Shown here piece by piece: positions 51,530 through 64,000 of a DNA stretch of 64,000 nt. The notes below the pieces were generated by a model. It had not been told where the DNA came from. It saw only the letters and a list, made by a program, of their open reading frames with translations, and made no database searches. How positions within the stretch are numbered: position 1 is the stretch's first letter; every line of letters begins with the position of its first letter. The stretch comes from Tubiluchus corallicola (taxonomy: Eukaryota > Animalia > Priapulida). The position numbers were made by a program, and so were the translations under genes. The stretch covers positions 1 through 64,000 of the forward strand of contig JAQGDQ010000597.1 in NCBI GenBank assembly GCA_030141605.1. Direction: 5' to 3'.

Positions 51530-52013
51530 TTCTTATAACTCAAACTAAACCCTCACTATAATAATTATATTATAGTTTGACTTATAATAACTTGTGTGTA
51601 TAATATAACCTTTTACAACATAAAATCCTACTCTCAAAACAGATATTCAACTTATTTTAGTATAAACTTACTGTAAAACTGGTTTCTTTTGATTTTTTAT
51701 CACTTGGTTGTTAGCGGTATTAAATTTAAAGAACCTCCATTTTCGATGCGCGAGAAGAATGACGTCACAGAGTCACCAAATATCCTAAACAAACATCGGT
51801 AGCAACAAGACGCGTTCTCGCTCACTCGGGCCACAGACAGGAAACATGGCGGTCTTTACGGCAGTGCACGTGTTCAAAATTAGCCAGAAAAAGGCGAGTT
51901 ATGTAATTCATAAGTCTCTTTTTTGTTTAATAATAACTATGAATTCCTTGGGTAATCATAATGCATGCGTTAAAAACTTCAATATCTTAGGGGGGGGCTT
52001 TATAGGCCTTTAA
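51530..52013 (+). mobile_element. Dispersed repeat family C, copy 2
   Basis: Collinear with 29280-29741; ends TATAGGCCT-TTAA (Kolobok-like terminus, inferred). Confidence 0.8.
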
Positions 52014-54728
52014 ATGAATCTTCAAATTTGGTTATAAAAACTAGCAATAAAATCGAATATCTCCCTGTAATCTCAACGTAAAAAGACTTTAAACTAAACA
52101 GTCTTTACTGCATTATTTTCAGGAAGATAGCTGCAGAACTAATAGTGCACTTTCTTGGTCGTTGGGGCAAAATACATTTAAACTACAAGTATTTTCCATT
52201 AATCCAAGCCGGTCAAACAAGTTACAGCGATTCTAGTTTGTATGACTTTTTTGAAAATGAAAAAAAACTTCAAAATGGTTCGAGTTCAGTTAAAAAGTAA
52301 AAGCATAAGTGTTACCGAATTCCTTACATAAGTACGGAGAATGGAATGAGAAAGCAATCAAAAATATGTAAACAAATATTGGGTAATTGGAAAGTCTGGG
52401 GAGCAGTGTGGCACCGTTTAGAAAGTAGGTTCATATGATAGTGATTAAAAACATGAGTTAATTCCACGGTGAAAGTTGCACCTCCCATTCCCGATTTTTA
52501 TGCAGCTCCCATTCCCGATATTTCCTCGTAATTGTATTTGAATTGGTCAATGGGTCTGAACAAACGTGTAATGTAGTGTGCACAGTAAAGAAAATCATGT
52601 CTGTAAAAGATGTGAAATAGAAAAATGCTAAAAATGGCTCTGATAAAAAAAGTCGATTTCAAACTCGGTATACGCATTATTTACTGTGCAAAACTCAAAA
52701 CAGGCTCAAAGAAACAAAGATGTTCAACGTTGTTATTATTTACCAACATAGGTTCTACTGGTAAGCAGGTAGGTAACTCAGTAAGTAAGTAGATATGTAA
52801 ATCGTTAAGTATAAGTCAGTTGGTCGGTTAGTCGGTAGCTAGGTAGATAGGAAGGTAGGTCTGCAGATAGGTTAGTAAGTATGTCAATCCACTTTAAATG
52901 CATTAAGATTATAATTATATATATAATCTTATGTATAAACATATATAGACATAGATATATATATATATATCTTATATATATATATATATATATAAGTAGT
53001 AAGTAATGAAGTGTGTACGTAAGTAAATAAATAAGTAACTGTAAGTAAGTAAGCAAGCAAGCTACAAAGTTAGTAAGTAAATAAATAGGTAAGTCACTCG
53101 TTCACTCAGTATTATATTTTTAGTTCAGCGCACAGGTACTAAAAACATAATAATAAAATACCTATACACAGTTCACGGGTGCAGAAAATATGTACAAAAG
53201 CGCAGATGGAACAAAATAAATAGTAAAAAAATAAAAGGGTTCCATAGAAATACAGTTACATCACAAGCATTCAAAATCCACGCAGAAAATATCTAAATGC
53301 CATTAAGTCAGGTAGTCTTACATTAATTAACCCGCCATCATCCAACTTGAACATTCGTTAGCCTACTTCTGTTGCCGTAAACATTTATCCAGGCGCACAA
53401 TTAGAACGAGGTGCTCTTAATTAGAAACATGCTCTTTAGTCCATAGTTAGTGATAAACTGACATTATATATAGCATGGGCAAATAACCTGACATATACAC
53501 ACTGCGGTCAAGAAAGCAGGAGGGCTGCACAGAACACATAATTTAACGATTTTTCTACAGAAAAATTTGCAAAAGCTCTGTATGATACTGGACACTGACA
53601 GTGGTTTAAAAACAATTTTACGTAATTAGTGATTCTCATGTTTTGAGGCTAAGCGGGAAGGACTTTTTCATGTTTTGCACATTCGATGACCCCCTCTTGA
53701 GAAAGACTTCGTCGCATCCAATTCAACTGACAATGACGCCCAAACACCGAGACAAGATTCTATTTCCAGCCACTATGACGTCAGCACGCTACAAATCTAG
53801 AATAATGCTCGCCAGAAGCAGTTAACCGCAAACAACACACTGGCTTCACTGTTGGGAAGACACATCAGGTTGATACTGTGCTAAAAATCTTTATGAACTA
53901 ATTTGAGCAAGGCAAAAAGTCTGCTTGCATGACAATGTACTTACCTGTCTCGCCAGCGTACGTGCCTATCTACCAAGTACCTATACTGGCCTGAGATAGA
54001 ATCAGGTCCACTTCAAGGACCTAAGATAAGATAATTAGGTAAATAAATGTTGGCTTTTTTTACCTCATAGACGTCATTATTGTGTTAAACCGTATCCTGA
54101 CTGACCAGGCTGCACAAACCTATACCTACCTATACCTATGCAAGAGCTCTTGCTTCCTACCTACCTTATAGATTGTTCCACGTTCATACCCAGCTACCTA
54201 TAGTAAAGCACTTACCTACATACCAATACACCTACATAGTTACCAGGGTTACACGTGTACTTATCCATATGCCAATCAAGCAACCTACGTTACACATGTA
54301 CCTATCTTATATATCTGCATACTACGTAAGTTACACAGCATCTGCTTATTCTGCACATACCTATCTACTTACACATAGATCTACCTATGCAGTGTGAACA
54401 CCTATCTACCTACCATAGTTGCACAAGTACTTTACTTATGTATGCCCACTACAAATACACCTACGTAATATAAACTACAATATTATTATATACTATAATA
54501 TTTACAATATTTACATCTATCTATCTATGTTGCCCATGTACGGTACCTACCTAACTATAGTCTATATATGCCTACCTAGATTGTCTAGATTGTCTCGTTA
54601 CATATGTTACAGCTAAATACCCATAAAACTATCTCCTACTTAAGATACATTAACATCTGATTATATATTTATTTCCTACCTAGACTGCCAATAAAAAAGT
54701 TATACAGTACCTACTACACCTACCTGCA

Positions 54729-55165
<437 letters not shown>

Positions 55166-55914
55166 TACGTTAAACTTTCCCTCAATTAGGTGAAATTAAT
55201 ACAGGACTGAAAGTTTGAAATCTATTTATGCCTCCGTGAACAAAGCGTTTTACTAAATTAACTCAATGCCAACAAAACTGTCTAATCGCAAAAGAAGCCG
55301 TCATGCAACTAAAAGAAATTTGTGTCAATCTATACAACTACAAATTTAAGAGAGCTAAAAATAACCATTATGACGTCACTTCTGGGTTATATGAGTCTGG
55401 GGAGGTGAGAAAGGTGTGTGAGATAGATAAAGCTGACAGAATTGAAAACCTTGATTTATCTTCAGTTCAGACTCGTAAACATCGTTTCAAGTTTTGTACA
55501 CGTTGTTCCATCAATCCACTTATTTAGTCTTTATCTACCAGTATTACACTGCACAGCACGAACCAAGTAAGTTTGGTTCAAATCCCGTCAAGGACATTTT
55601 TAGTTTTTTTTAAATAATTAGGTGAGTATATACTATAAGGAATTTCTGTATTCGTTAGACTCTTTCGATGGTAGATCGATGATAAATTTACTATGTTAAC
55701 GCATACGACGTTATACTAGCTTAAGATAAGATAAGATAAGATAAGATAAGATGAATTTTATTTAGTGTCGATAAATTACATAAATAATACGAGTAGTTAA
55801 AGCTCTTTTATCTACAATATATAATATAAGTTGTGGTTTTTTATTTCATGTGTATAAATGAAAATGACCAACCACAAAACAATTCGAACTTGCGCGTGAC
55901 GAAATTAAACTCAC

Positions 55915-56016
55915 CGTAAGGTACATAGACGGCGGACATCGAGTGTCAGCAAATGTGGCATTCAGTCGTTCAAGATTCTCCTTTGTTAGACGTATGACAC
56001 TTTGAATGTTTCGTAC
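55915..56016 (-). CDS. Braf: B-Raf BRS (B-Raf-specific) domain exon, 102 bp
   Basis: gtttttcag|VRNIQSVIRLTKENLERLNATFADTRCPPSMYLT|gtgagt; aligns with human [34 protein letters not shown]. Not in the ORF track. Confidence 0.95.
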
Positions 56017-57559
56017 CTGAAAAACAGTTAAACTGAGGCTGATTCATTAACGCAAGTTAACGAAGCTAACTTGATTTTGAAGCCAAGCTAATGGTCCGCA
56101 GACGAAGTAACAACAAAGTGGATTTAAGTTTTAGCGTCTTGCGTCTACCGTTTTGCAACAAAGTTAATGTATTATAACGCCAGGCTATGGGTAGAACGCT
56201 CACCCTGTTTGTCCATTGGTCTCCATTTGTCAAAAACAAAGGTTTTACTTTGAATTTGGTTGTTATATAAGAAGAGAATAAAATAATTAGATTGAATGCT
56301 CAATTTTGGTCCATCAGGTAAGACTTAAATTTTGTATTTGAGCGTAAAATGTATATGAAATCAATAATGCATTCTACACGTGCATGTTCATATGAGCTTA
56401 TTATTATGACAATATAATGATATTAACAATAACAAAAATATGGAAACTGTCAATCTGTATTCTATTTGAGCAAAATTACATTTTGTGAAGCGTAATGCAG
56501 AACTACATGATTTAAATCTACGTTTTAGTTACGTTAGTACAAGATGAAATGACGAACAACATGAAAACGACTAGAACATGTTAAATCATTATAACGAGCA
56601 TTACGTCAGTTATACCTTTAGGTATATATCATATTCATACCTTACACAGAGACTACGAATTATCTCGATAAGTAACTTCGCCGATAATATAGTGCTGGGT
56701 TATAGTCAACTCAAAACAAAATAACAAAATAGTTAACACAGAGTTTACATAGAGAAAGGAATCACCTAAGGAATGAAAACGTGTATGGCCTATTCAATTG
56801 TAATTAACCTAATTACTCGATAATGCGGCCTAAAGTATTTCATTCAGGTAGAAAACGATTTCGTATTCAATTGTTGTATGCTTGAAGCGTAATAAAACTT
56901 CGGACAGGCGGACATAGACAAACTGTTTGCAAGAAAAAGAACGCCGTACGCATTGAAGATATGCAACGTTGGCACATTTCCTAACACTCTTATTTATCAC
57001 ATATTTTGAAAGCAAATGACTGAAAATTTAGTATCAATTTGGCACAAGAACTTTTTTATCTTGCCACTTGCGCCAGAAGCACTAAAGTCACACAAACGTA
57101 TTTAGGAAATTTTACTTCAAATCGTAATCATATAAGTCATAAGTCATTTATTTCACATTACACATTTAAGTTTCATGTACAATATATAGTGAAGGGGCTA
57201 CAATGAACATAATACAAACAAGTTTTTATGTTTTCTGCACAAGAAAAGCCTCACACACTGTTCACCTATATACAAATGTAAATGTGTTGCGGGCAATCAA
57301 AAAGCAGGGCTTGTTAGATTGTCCCACACTGTGAAAGAAAAAAGTAATGGAAATAATCTGAAAATTTGAAATGAATCGTATGATAAAGAAAACATTTAGT
57401 GCTTCAGAATGGAATTATGTAATGAATGAAGCTCATATATGAGATGATATAAAAGATAGAAAGACTATTGTTTGTTAATAGTATGCAAAATTAAGATAAC
57501 TTGATTAAGATACCACCACTGTGAGGATGGATACAGATAGAAGTTTTGATTACTCACTG

Positions 57560-57860
57560 GTACTTACTTAAAATTTGATTTTTTAGCATTTTTAAATCTA
57601 GTAATAGGTGTGCTATTTTTTGCGGATTGACAAATCTCATTCCACACTTTTGGTCTTTAAAATATTATAAAATGTTTAGCTATGTTGGTTCTACAGAAAG
57701 GCACAATGTATTGATTATATCTTGTATTATGTCTCTCAGATGCCAATTTGGCAGGAATTGCAAAAAATTTAGGAAATAGTCTATGGTTGCATTTATATAT
57801 AAACACTGCAATATTCAATTTAATTAAATCATCTAATTGCATATATTTTGCAAACAAATA
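57560..57860 (-). mobile_element. CR1/L2-type LINE ORF2 C-terminal fragment
   Basis: FAKYMQLDDLIKLNIAVFIYK...HNTR..YIVPFCRTN....*RPKVWNEI. Confidence 0.75.
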
Positions 57861-59499
57861 ACCAAATAGTCAGACATATTTATCAGACTAACCCAACAAA
57901 CACGTATGTGGTCAAATGTAGGAGGTTAAAATGATCAAAAGTCAAAGTATGAAGTGTCTTCTAATAATTCTTATTATCAAATGCGAAAACTTTCAATAAC
58001 AATCATTGATGATGATGATGATTACAGTATCAGAAAGTATGAGACAGTATGAGAAACATGATGACCATGTATTGTTTCTTCTTGGCAATCATCAATTTTA
58101 TAGCACAATTTATACAATTCGGCATACTGCAAGCCGGAATCTAATAATAATGGTCTAGTTTACAGTGACTGTGACTGGAACTTATGTTAACACTCTGTCA
58201 CAAACCACTGAATGAGACAGAAGTATATTAACCATGTATCTTGACACTCAGCTATTCACTTCACCTTGAAATTCTCGAATTTGTGTCACCATTGTTACCT
58301 TGTGCTTTATGAGTTTTATCTAGTGTGGTTTCTGGTGATTTCTCTGTGCATTTTTTTGTGTTATTAACTTATTTTTGCCAGATTTTTATTGAAATTTCAA
58401 ATATTTTATATTACGATCAAAAGGGAAGGCCCATTACAGATGTACCCAGGTCACTGCGAACAACAAACATTCAACTATAGTCAGTCATGCTTTGTTTGCT
58501 CTGTTCTGCCTGTCGTCAACGTTAATAAAATGCACTAAAGCTAGCGCAAATGAAAAAAAGTTAAAAGAGGTATCCTTTAGTTTACTGTTTTACTGCTTTT
58601 TAGGATCTTATTATTTATCTACATTCTAACAAATAGTATGGTTTACAATTAAGCTAGATTCTAGTGCTCTACTCACACTGTTTAACAACTCTGCCTGTTT
58701 GTCCATAGGATGCATGTTATTTGGAAGCAGTCGTGATTGTTTACCGGCTTACATTCAGGTACGCCACCTGTGGGCGTGCGCCAACATTACACAATAATTT
58801 CAGCTCATAAAGCTGCAAATTCGAATACCTTGCTGGTAAGTATTCACTATTAATTAGATATTTTTCCTCTTTTATTAGTAAGTCATGCGACATCTAGCAC
58901 CAGCTATGGCCAAAATAACATAGACATAAGATATTTTAATTTGTGACGGAATATTATTTACTGCATAGCACTGAGAAACAAACAAAGCTTCACACACACT
59001 TGATCACGAGTAACACAGTCCAACAATAGTTAACCATGTAATTAGTTAACAATAAATGTCCGATAGCGTGGTCCAGTGATGTAACACATCGGCATCTAAG
59101 AGTGCGTACATCACCAAAAAGAACTGTCGATCTGTCAATCTCTCAATTTACATAAACCAGCAGCACACTTGCTTCTAAAACCTCCAGGGGGCATTGCAAT
59201 TTCATAGTTACGTTCACAGACTCATCACAGGAGGTAATCAAAAATAGCGTCACTACTTCTGAATGTAGTGTGAACACTGCCGCACAACAAAAAGATGCAA
59301 AGATTAGATCACTCTCGATCCGAAAGCCAGCAAATGAAACTTGATTACCTAAATTTGCTTCCATTAACCATTACTACTAATAAAATAGAGTTATTTTAAA
59401 ATAATCGGAAGTGGAAAACTTTTTTAATATTACCGCGCACTATGGAGCATAGTTCTGTTCATTCAACTATTAAAATTAATTAAACTATCAATAGTTATG

Positions 59500-59950
59500 T
59501 CTGCATGATCGCCGAAAGGCTCGCACTTTTGTCAAGTATTACGTCACACCTAGGAGTGACGTCGCAACCACTGTCATGACATGTCCAAATTAAACAGTTT
59601 TCTTGTTCGACTTGCAATATAATTTCCGCGAATATTCAAGCCACTGTGTGAAACACAATTCTTATGAGAGAGCAAACTTAAATTGAAGTAAGCTGACGCA
59701 TGCGCCGAATGACTTGGTACAAGAGCGGTTACAGCATTTTCCTTACATTATTACTAAACTGTCAGCACTGTCTTGCGACAATTCTGCAAGCACTTTTCTT
59801 TTTACTATGCTCGTACTACAAGCGTGTCCTATTTAAACTCAGCGTGCGTGCGCAGCGCCACTACACTCCTGCATTGATTGCGTGACAAGTGAGGCGCTCA
59901 TGACCTTTCCAACAGGATGGCGGCGCGTCAAGCAGAAAGGGGGCGTGATC
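59500..59950. promoter_or_regulatory. CpG-enriched promoter-like patch, possibly the Raf promoter
   Basis: GCATGCGC and GTGCGCAGCGC (NRF1-like), GATGGCGGC (YY1-like), GGGGCGTG (Sp/KLF-like) and CRE half-sites, upstream of the first recognised Raf exon. Confidence 0.35.
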
Positions 59951-60775
59951 AAAGACTGATGTTATCCATGGGCCTGCTTAAACTGCACACACTACATACG
60001 GCAAAGGAATGTGCCATGTAAACGACATTCAAATCAATGCTTGTACAAGTTTACGAGATGACAATGTACCGCTGATTAAGCAGTTCAAAGGTCAAATCAA
60101 TTACAATAATTGATTTTTAATTACCAAATTAACTGGAAAGTTACTGCACTTTTCTCTGAATACGAACAGTGTGCTGACTGGAGTGCTAATTTTGTTACTC
60201 CTCACCTTTTGCCTTGAATATTTCTAGATGTAGAACAGCTGCTTACAAATCCGTTTTCTCTCCACCTCTTATTGGTGGAATTATTTATATGGAATTACTG
60301 TGTAAATTACCAATAAACGAAAGAATTTGTTAACAATGTAATAGTAATGAAGTGGAAGTGAATTACACATGATGCTTGCCTGCTGTAAATATGAACATAG
60401 TAGACAGAATATGTTCGCACAAATTAGTTCTTTATGTCCTGATTTTCTAGATATGCCCAATGAAGACAAACTGACATTTCTAACTGGGACAAGTACAGTG
60501 TGTAACTATGTAAAATATTGCTTTACGAATAGGTCATGAATTTAATTGTTGATGACTAAAAGAATGCTACACCAAAAATCTAAATTCTGTGTTTATAATA
60601 TTTTTATTTTATATGGGTATTATACGTCAGCAAGTAATGTCGTTCTACGTTTGTAAATGCGCAAATATCTTTGTTTTTTATAAGAATCCCATTTGTGTAC
60701 ATCTATATTAACAGTTTAAATTTCTAACTGTAGTAGTCATTTTCCTTGAGTGATAACTAGTCTTGTTTGAGGCGA

Positions 60776-60777
<2 letters not shown>

Positions 60778-60830
<53 letters not shown>
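60778..60830. repeat. (TA)n microsatellite
   Basis: Directly visible. Confidence 0.98.
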
Positions 60831-60834
<4 letters not shown>

Positions 60835-61226
60835 TTCAAGGAACATTGCTATTCGAAAATTGTATGACATCCCGTATAATGCTCATACGCGGTAAACGAT
60901 TCATTAAACTTTATGTATCTAGTTTAAATAGCCGAAATAGCATAACCAGTTTTTTGCTCGTCATGTTTAAATGTTGCATCGTTTATGGGTTTTAATATTG
61001 ATTATGTCTGAAATAAATATAATGTTACTGTTGATGATTTTATTACGAAACGCCAAGCCACTAATACAGTTATTTTTAACCAGCCAGTGCTAGATGAAAA
61101 TGATAAAATTTATTCTTTATCTCTTGACGTACTAATCTTTTTTATGTAATGATCATATATCATATCATGTTAATCAAAACAAATGATAATAATAACATGC
61201 AAAATAACTGCAGCCAGTGACAAGCT

Positions 61227-61609
61227 AACAAGCCTTTTCGCAGTTCCAGCGATTGATGATGATCGTGAAAGGTAGAAGGTTAAGTGTACCAGACAACGCT
61301 TTTTTGTAAACTTGACAACGCTGCACAGCCCAAGCTATTGTAATAGTAACAGTTTTAGCAGCTAACTAGAACCTTATCGAGTTCATTTTTTCTTGTTCCC
61401 AAGCAAGATCCTGCTAGTAAATCACTCTACGCACAGACTAGTGCATAATTAAGTAAAGCCCACGTAAAACAACTGAACTGATGCGGCAGACGGCTTTGCT
61501 TTACACACATCACGTGACGGTTGTACTTAAGACGCGTTGCTATGATACACTTAACCTTTGGCCTACAGCAAATGCGCGTGCGTACAACAAAATTGTGAAA
61601 AGGCTTATT
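61227..61609 (-). mobile_element. Family A MITE core, copy 4 (inverted)
   Basis: TIR AACAAGCCTTTTCGCA / TGTGAAAAGGCTTATT; reverse complement of 43586-43989. Confidence 0.85.
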
Positions 61610-63024
61610 CACTAGCACCCCCAGGATGCATAAGCCCGTGTTGAACATAATAAGTGCGACTCTGATCTAATCATGTGATTAGATTCATATGAAATTTCAG
61701 CAGCTCCTCCCGCTGTTGTTTTTATTTTCTTGTTATCAATAAATTGAGGTAGTCTCTCCCACGCATCTGCTGGAAAATGCCTACGTGACAATTGTCACAC
61801 GATGATTGTGGAGAAACATCACTCGCCTGAGAAAAAACAGGCACTTCTCTGTCTTCCCAGACGTAAACAAATCATTATCTGAGTCAGCTAACAAAATTAT
61901 GTAGCTAATTGACACATGTTTAAGGAAATAGTCTACAATAAGGCACAGCCGTACACGACATATCACATAACTGTAACAACAATTAAAAAATTACTGCACT
62001 CCAACTATCGGTTTATAGCATATTTGGAAAATTAAAGTTTGAGCATGCGCAGTTTGTAAACATAGCATCCGCTTATTCTTTTCCTCGCTGATGCCCTTAT
62101 GAATTTTTAAGATGTTTGAAGTTGCCTTATTATAGAAATGACAAGCTTTGGCAAAAAGACAATTCTGACTGTTTCACGCAGAACATTATAGGTTTATAGC
62201 TACACAGTGCTTAACAAAATGGTGGTGTTTATTCGAAACTTTTTACCTAACACTCAACAGCAAAACGTACTAGTAATGTTAATGATTGTGGTAAAACCAG
62301 AATCTAGCTAAGGTAATTGTCCACAAAAAGCCACGGAATTGGAATTCTCCGGCCCTGTGTCTGGTAGAAAAGTCACGCTCGTTCACAGCTCAGCATACGC
62401 ACCATCAGCCAATTCCATGCCCCTAAATACTCGTTGTTATTCTTAAGTATTATTTAGGACATAATGCAAAGGTCAACTACGCGGCATTTTCAAAGGTAAA
62501 AAAACGCAGAAACATCAATTACTTACACGAAGCCAGCTACTGCTGCGGGCGGGAATCGCACTCTTCTATACACTGAATTCCGAGAATTCTACCTAAATTG
62601 CTTAAATTACCACCGGGACAAATGGCAGGCTGCCCCCACACATCATATATGAAGGTGGAAAAGGCAATGATGTGCTAGATTAAAGCTAAATGCCTGCTAG
62701 ATTTCTTGAAACTTTGTCAAGTGAAGTTTGGGAGGCGGTAGCCTGTAAGGAACAATTTGGATAATTTGATCGTACGAGTTAAGCGGTCGGATCTCACGAT
62801 TCATTTTAAATAATATCGTAAAAAGTGCAGAACAACCTACAGAAACTTCTTTTAAACAGCGAAAATTTGTAACATCACCATAATATCCCTCAATGACAGC
62901 AATTCAGGAAAATTCGTAACATCACCGTAATATACCTCAACGACACTACTTACAGCAATTCAGCTGTTTTGATTAATACTTCAAACCTTACTAGTTAACT
63001 TAAGCTAGTTATACTAAGACTGAG

Positions 63025-64000
63025 TAATTAAAATCAAACTATAAAGCCTCACTATTATATAAACTTTCACAACTTAAAATCCTACTTTCATTACGAATAT
63101 TCAATTTATTTTATTATAAACTTGCTGTAAAACCTGTTTCTTTTGATTTTTTTATCACATCATTGTTAGCGGTATTAAATTTGAAGAAGCGCCATTTCTC
63201 GTTGCGCGAGACTAATGACGTTATGAATACAGTCACTTTTTCAAAATCTCATTCCACCTATTGTAGGCATTGAGGTATCAACATTTATCACAGCATTCCA
63301 CCCACTTCTATCTGCAGCTAACAGCATAAGTTCTTCTACTCCAAAAGATAGATTTGGTTGAAGTTGTTGAACTTCTTATTTATCTTAGCTATTCAAGTTG
63401 TTTTAGGTTTACCAGGTGGTTTTTTGAAAGGTTCTAAGATTTCCTTTAAGGCGATTCTTACTGGTGCTTCATTTGGTAATGTTAGAAGTTGTCCTAACCA
63501 TCTTAATCTTCGGATCTTGACTTCTGAACTCCAATAAATTTCTTTCAATCTGGTATATAAATATTCATTTTTGATTATCTATGGCCATCTATGGCCATCT
63601 TATCTTTAAAACTTTCCTAAGAAGACTTCTATTAAGTTTGTCAATCTGATTTCACCGTTGTACATAAATATGCTGGTAACGTAGTCATTAAGTAATCGAA
63701 GTCTTACGTTAAGACTTAATTTCTTGCTAGTTAATACACTCTTGTGCTGAAGAAATGCATGTATTGCTCGTTGCTTTCTGCTTTTAATATCATCTTCGGT
63801 GCTTAGAAAAGTGCCCGTGTACTTGCACTTTTTCCAAGACTGATTATCATTTCTTGCAATAGTACATTCTTCTGTTTTTGACTGGTTTACTTGAAGATTT
63901 CTTTTCTCTAGTTTTTTTCAGTCACTAGGTCACCAACAAAATCGGTAAACAAACATCGGTAACCAAAGACGCTTTCTGTACGTCGTTCCCGCTCACTCGC
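63025..64000 (+). mobile_element. Dispersed repeat family C, copy 3, split by a LINE insertion
   Basis: 63025-63237 and 63919-64000 join to match the 29280-29570 part of copy 1. Confidence 0.85.
63238..63918 (-). mobile_element. 5'-truncated RTE-like LINE fragment with 8-bp TSD
   Basis: RNLQVNQSKTE...WKKCKYTG..L...IRRLRWLGQLL.LP...P.RIAL......KKPPGKPKTT; TSD CAGTCACT at 63230-63237 and 63919-63926. Confidence 0.85.

Noticed and set aside
53946-53991. Extra Raf exon ending at a perfect CAG|GTAAGT donor
   Set aside because: The 46-nt segment is not frame-preserving in a phase 0-0 intron and shows no Raf similarity.
56203-56225. Raf first exon (ATG...GG|GTGAG)
   Set aside because: The two ATGs end in phase 2 or phase 1, but the next exon needs phase 0.

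Overview
AT-rich, intron-rich animal (invertebrate) genomic DNA with three protein-coding genes, all on the minus strand, read by hand from GT-AG sites and codon phases. (1) A 184-aa secreted EPN/WND C-type lectin with 3 coding exons (4879-7903). (2) A 103-aa secreted single insulin-binding-domain (IGFBP N-domain, 12 Cys) protein with 3 exons (10699-13711) and a TATA box. (3) A B-Raf-type kinase gene with 14 phase-compatible exons (24535-56016, 711 codons) encoding BRS, RBD, C1, CR2, kinase and the C-terminal 14-3-3 site; its first coding exon is unresolved. The best leads are candidate Raf isoforms that the ORF track misses: a phase-compatible chain of three downstream exons giving a ~139-aa alternative C-terminus, a hinge cassette exon encoding a DSGYGS beta-TrCP-type degron, and a possible kinase-less terminal exon. 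All are sequence-based predictions that need RNA evidence. The rest is repeats: Helitron-like ends with a GT-rich array, nested hAT-type elements with TSDs, a 5S-rRNA-headed element inside a dead LINE, an RTE-like LINE fragment with a TSD, three dispersed repeat families, a 60-bp satellite and microsatellites. Comparisons with human BRAF are from memory. No prokaryotic system such as CRISPR is present.
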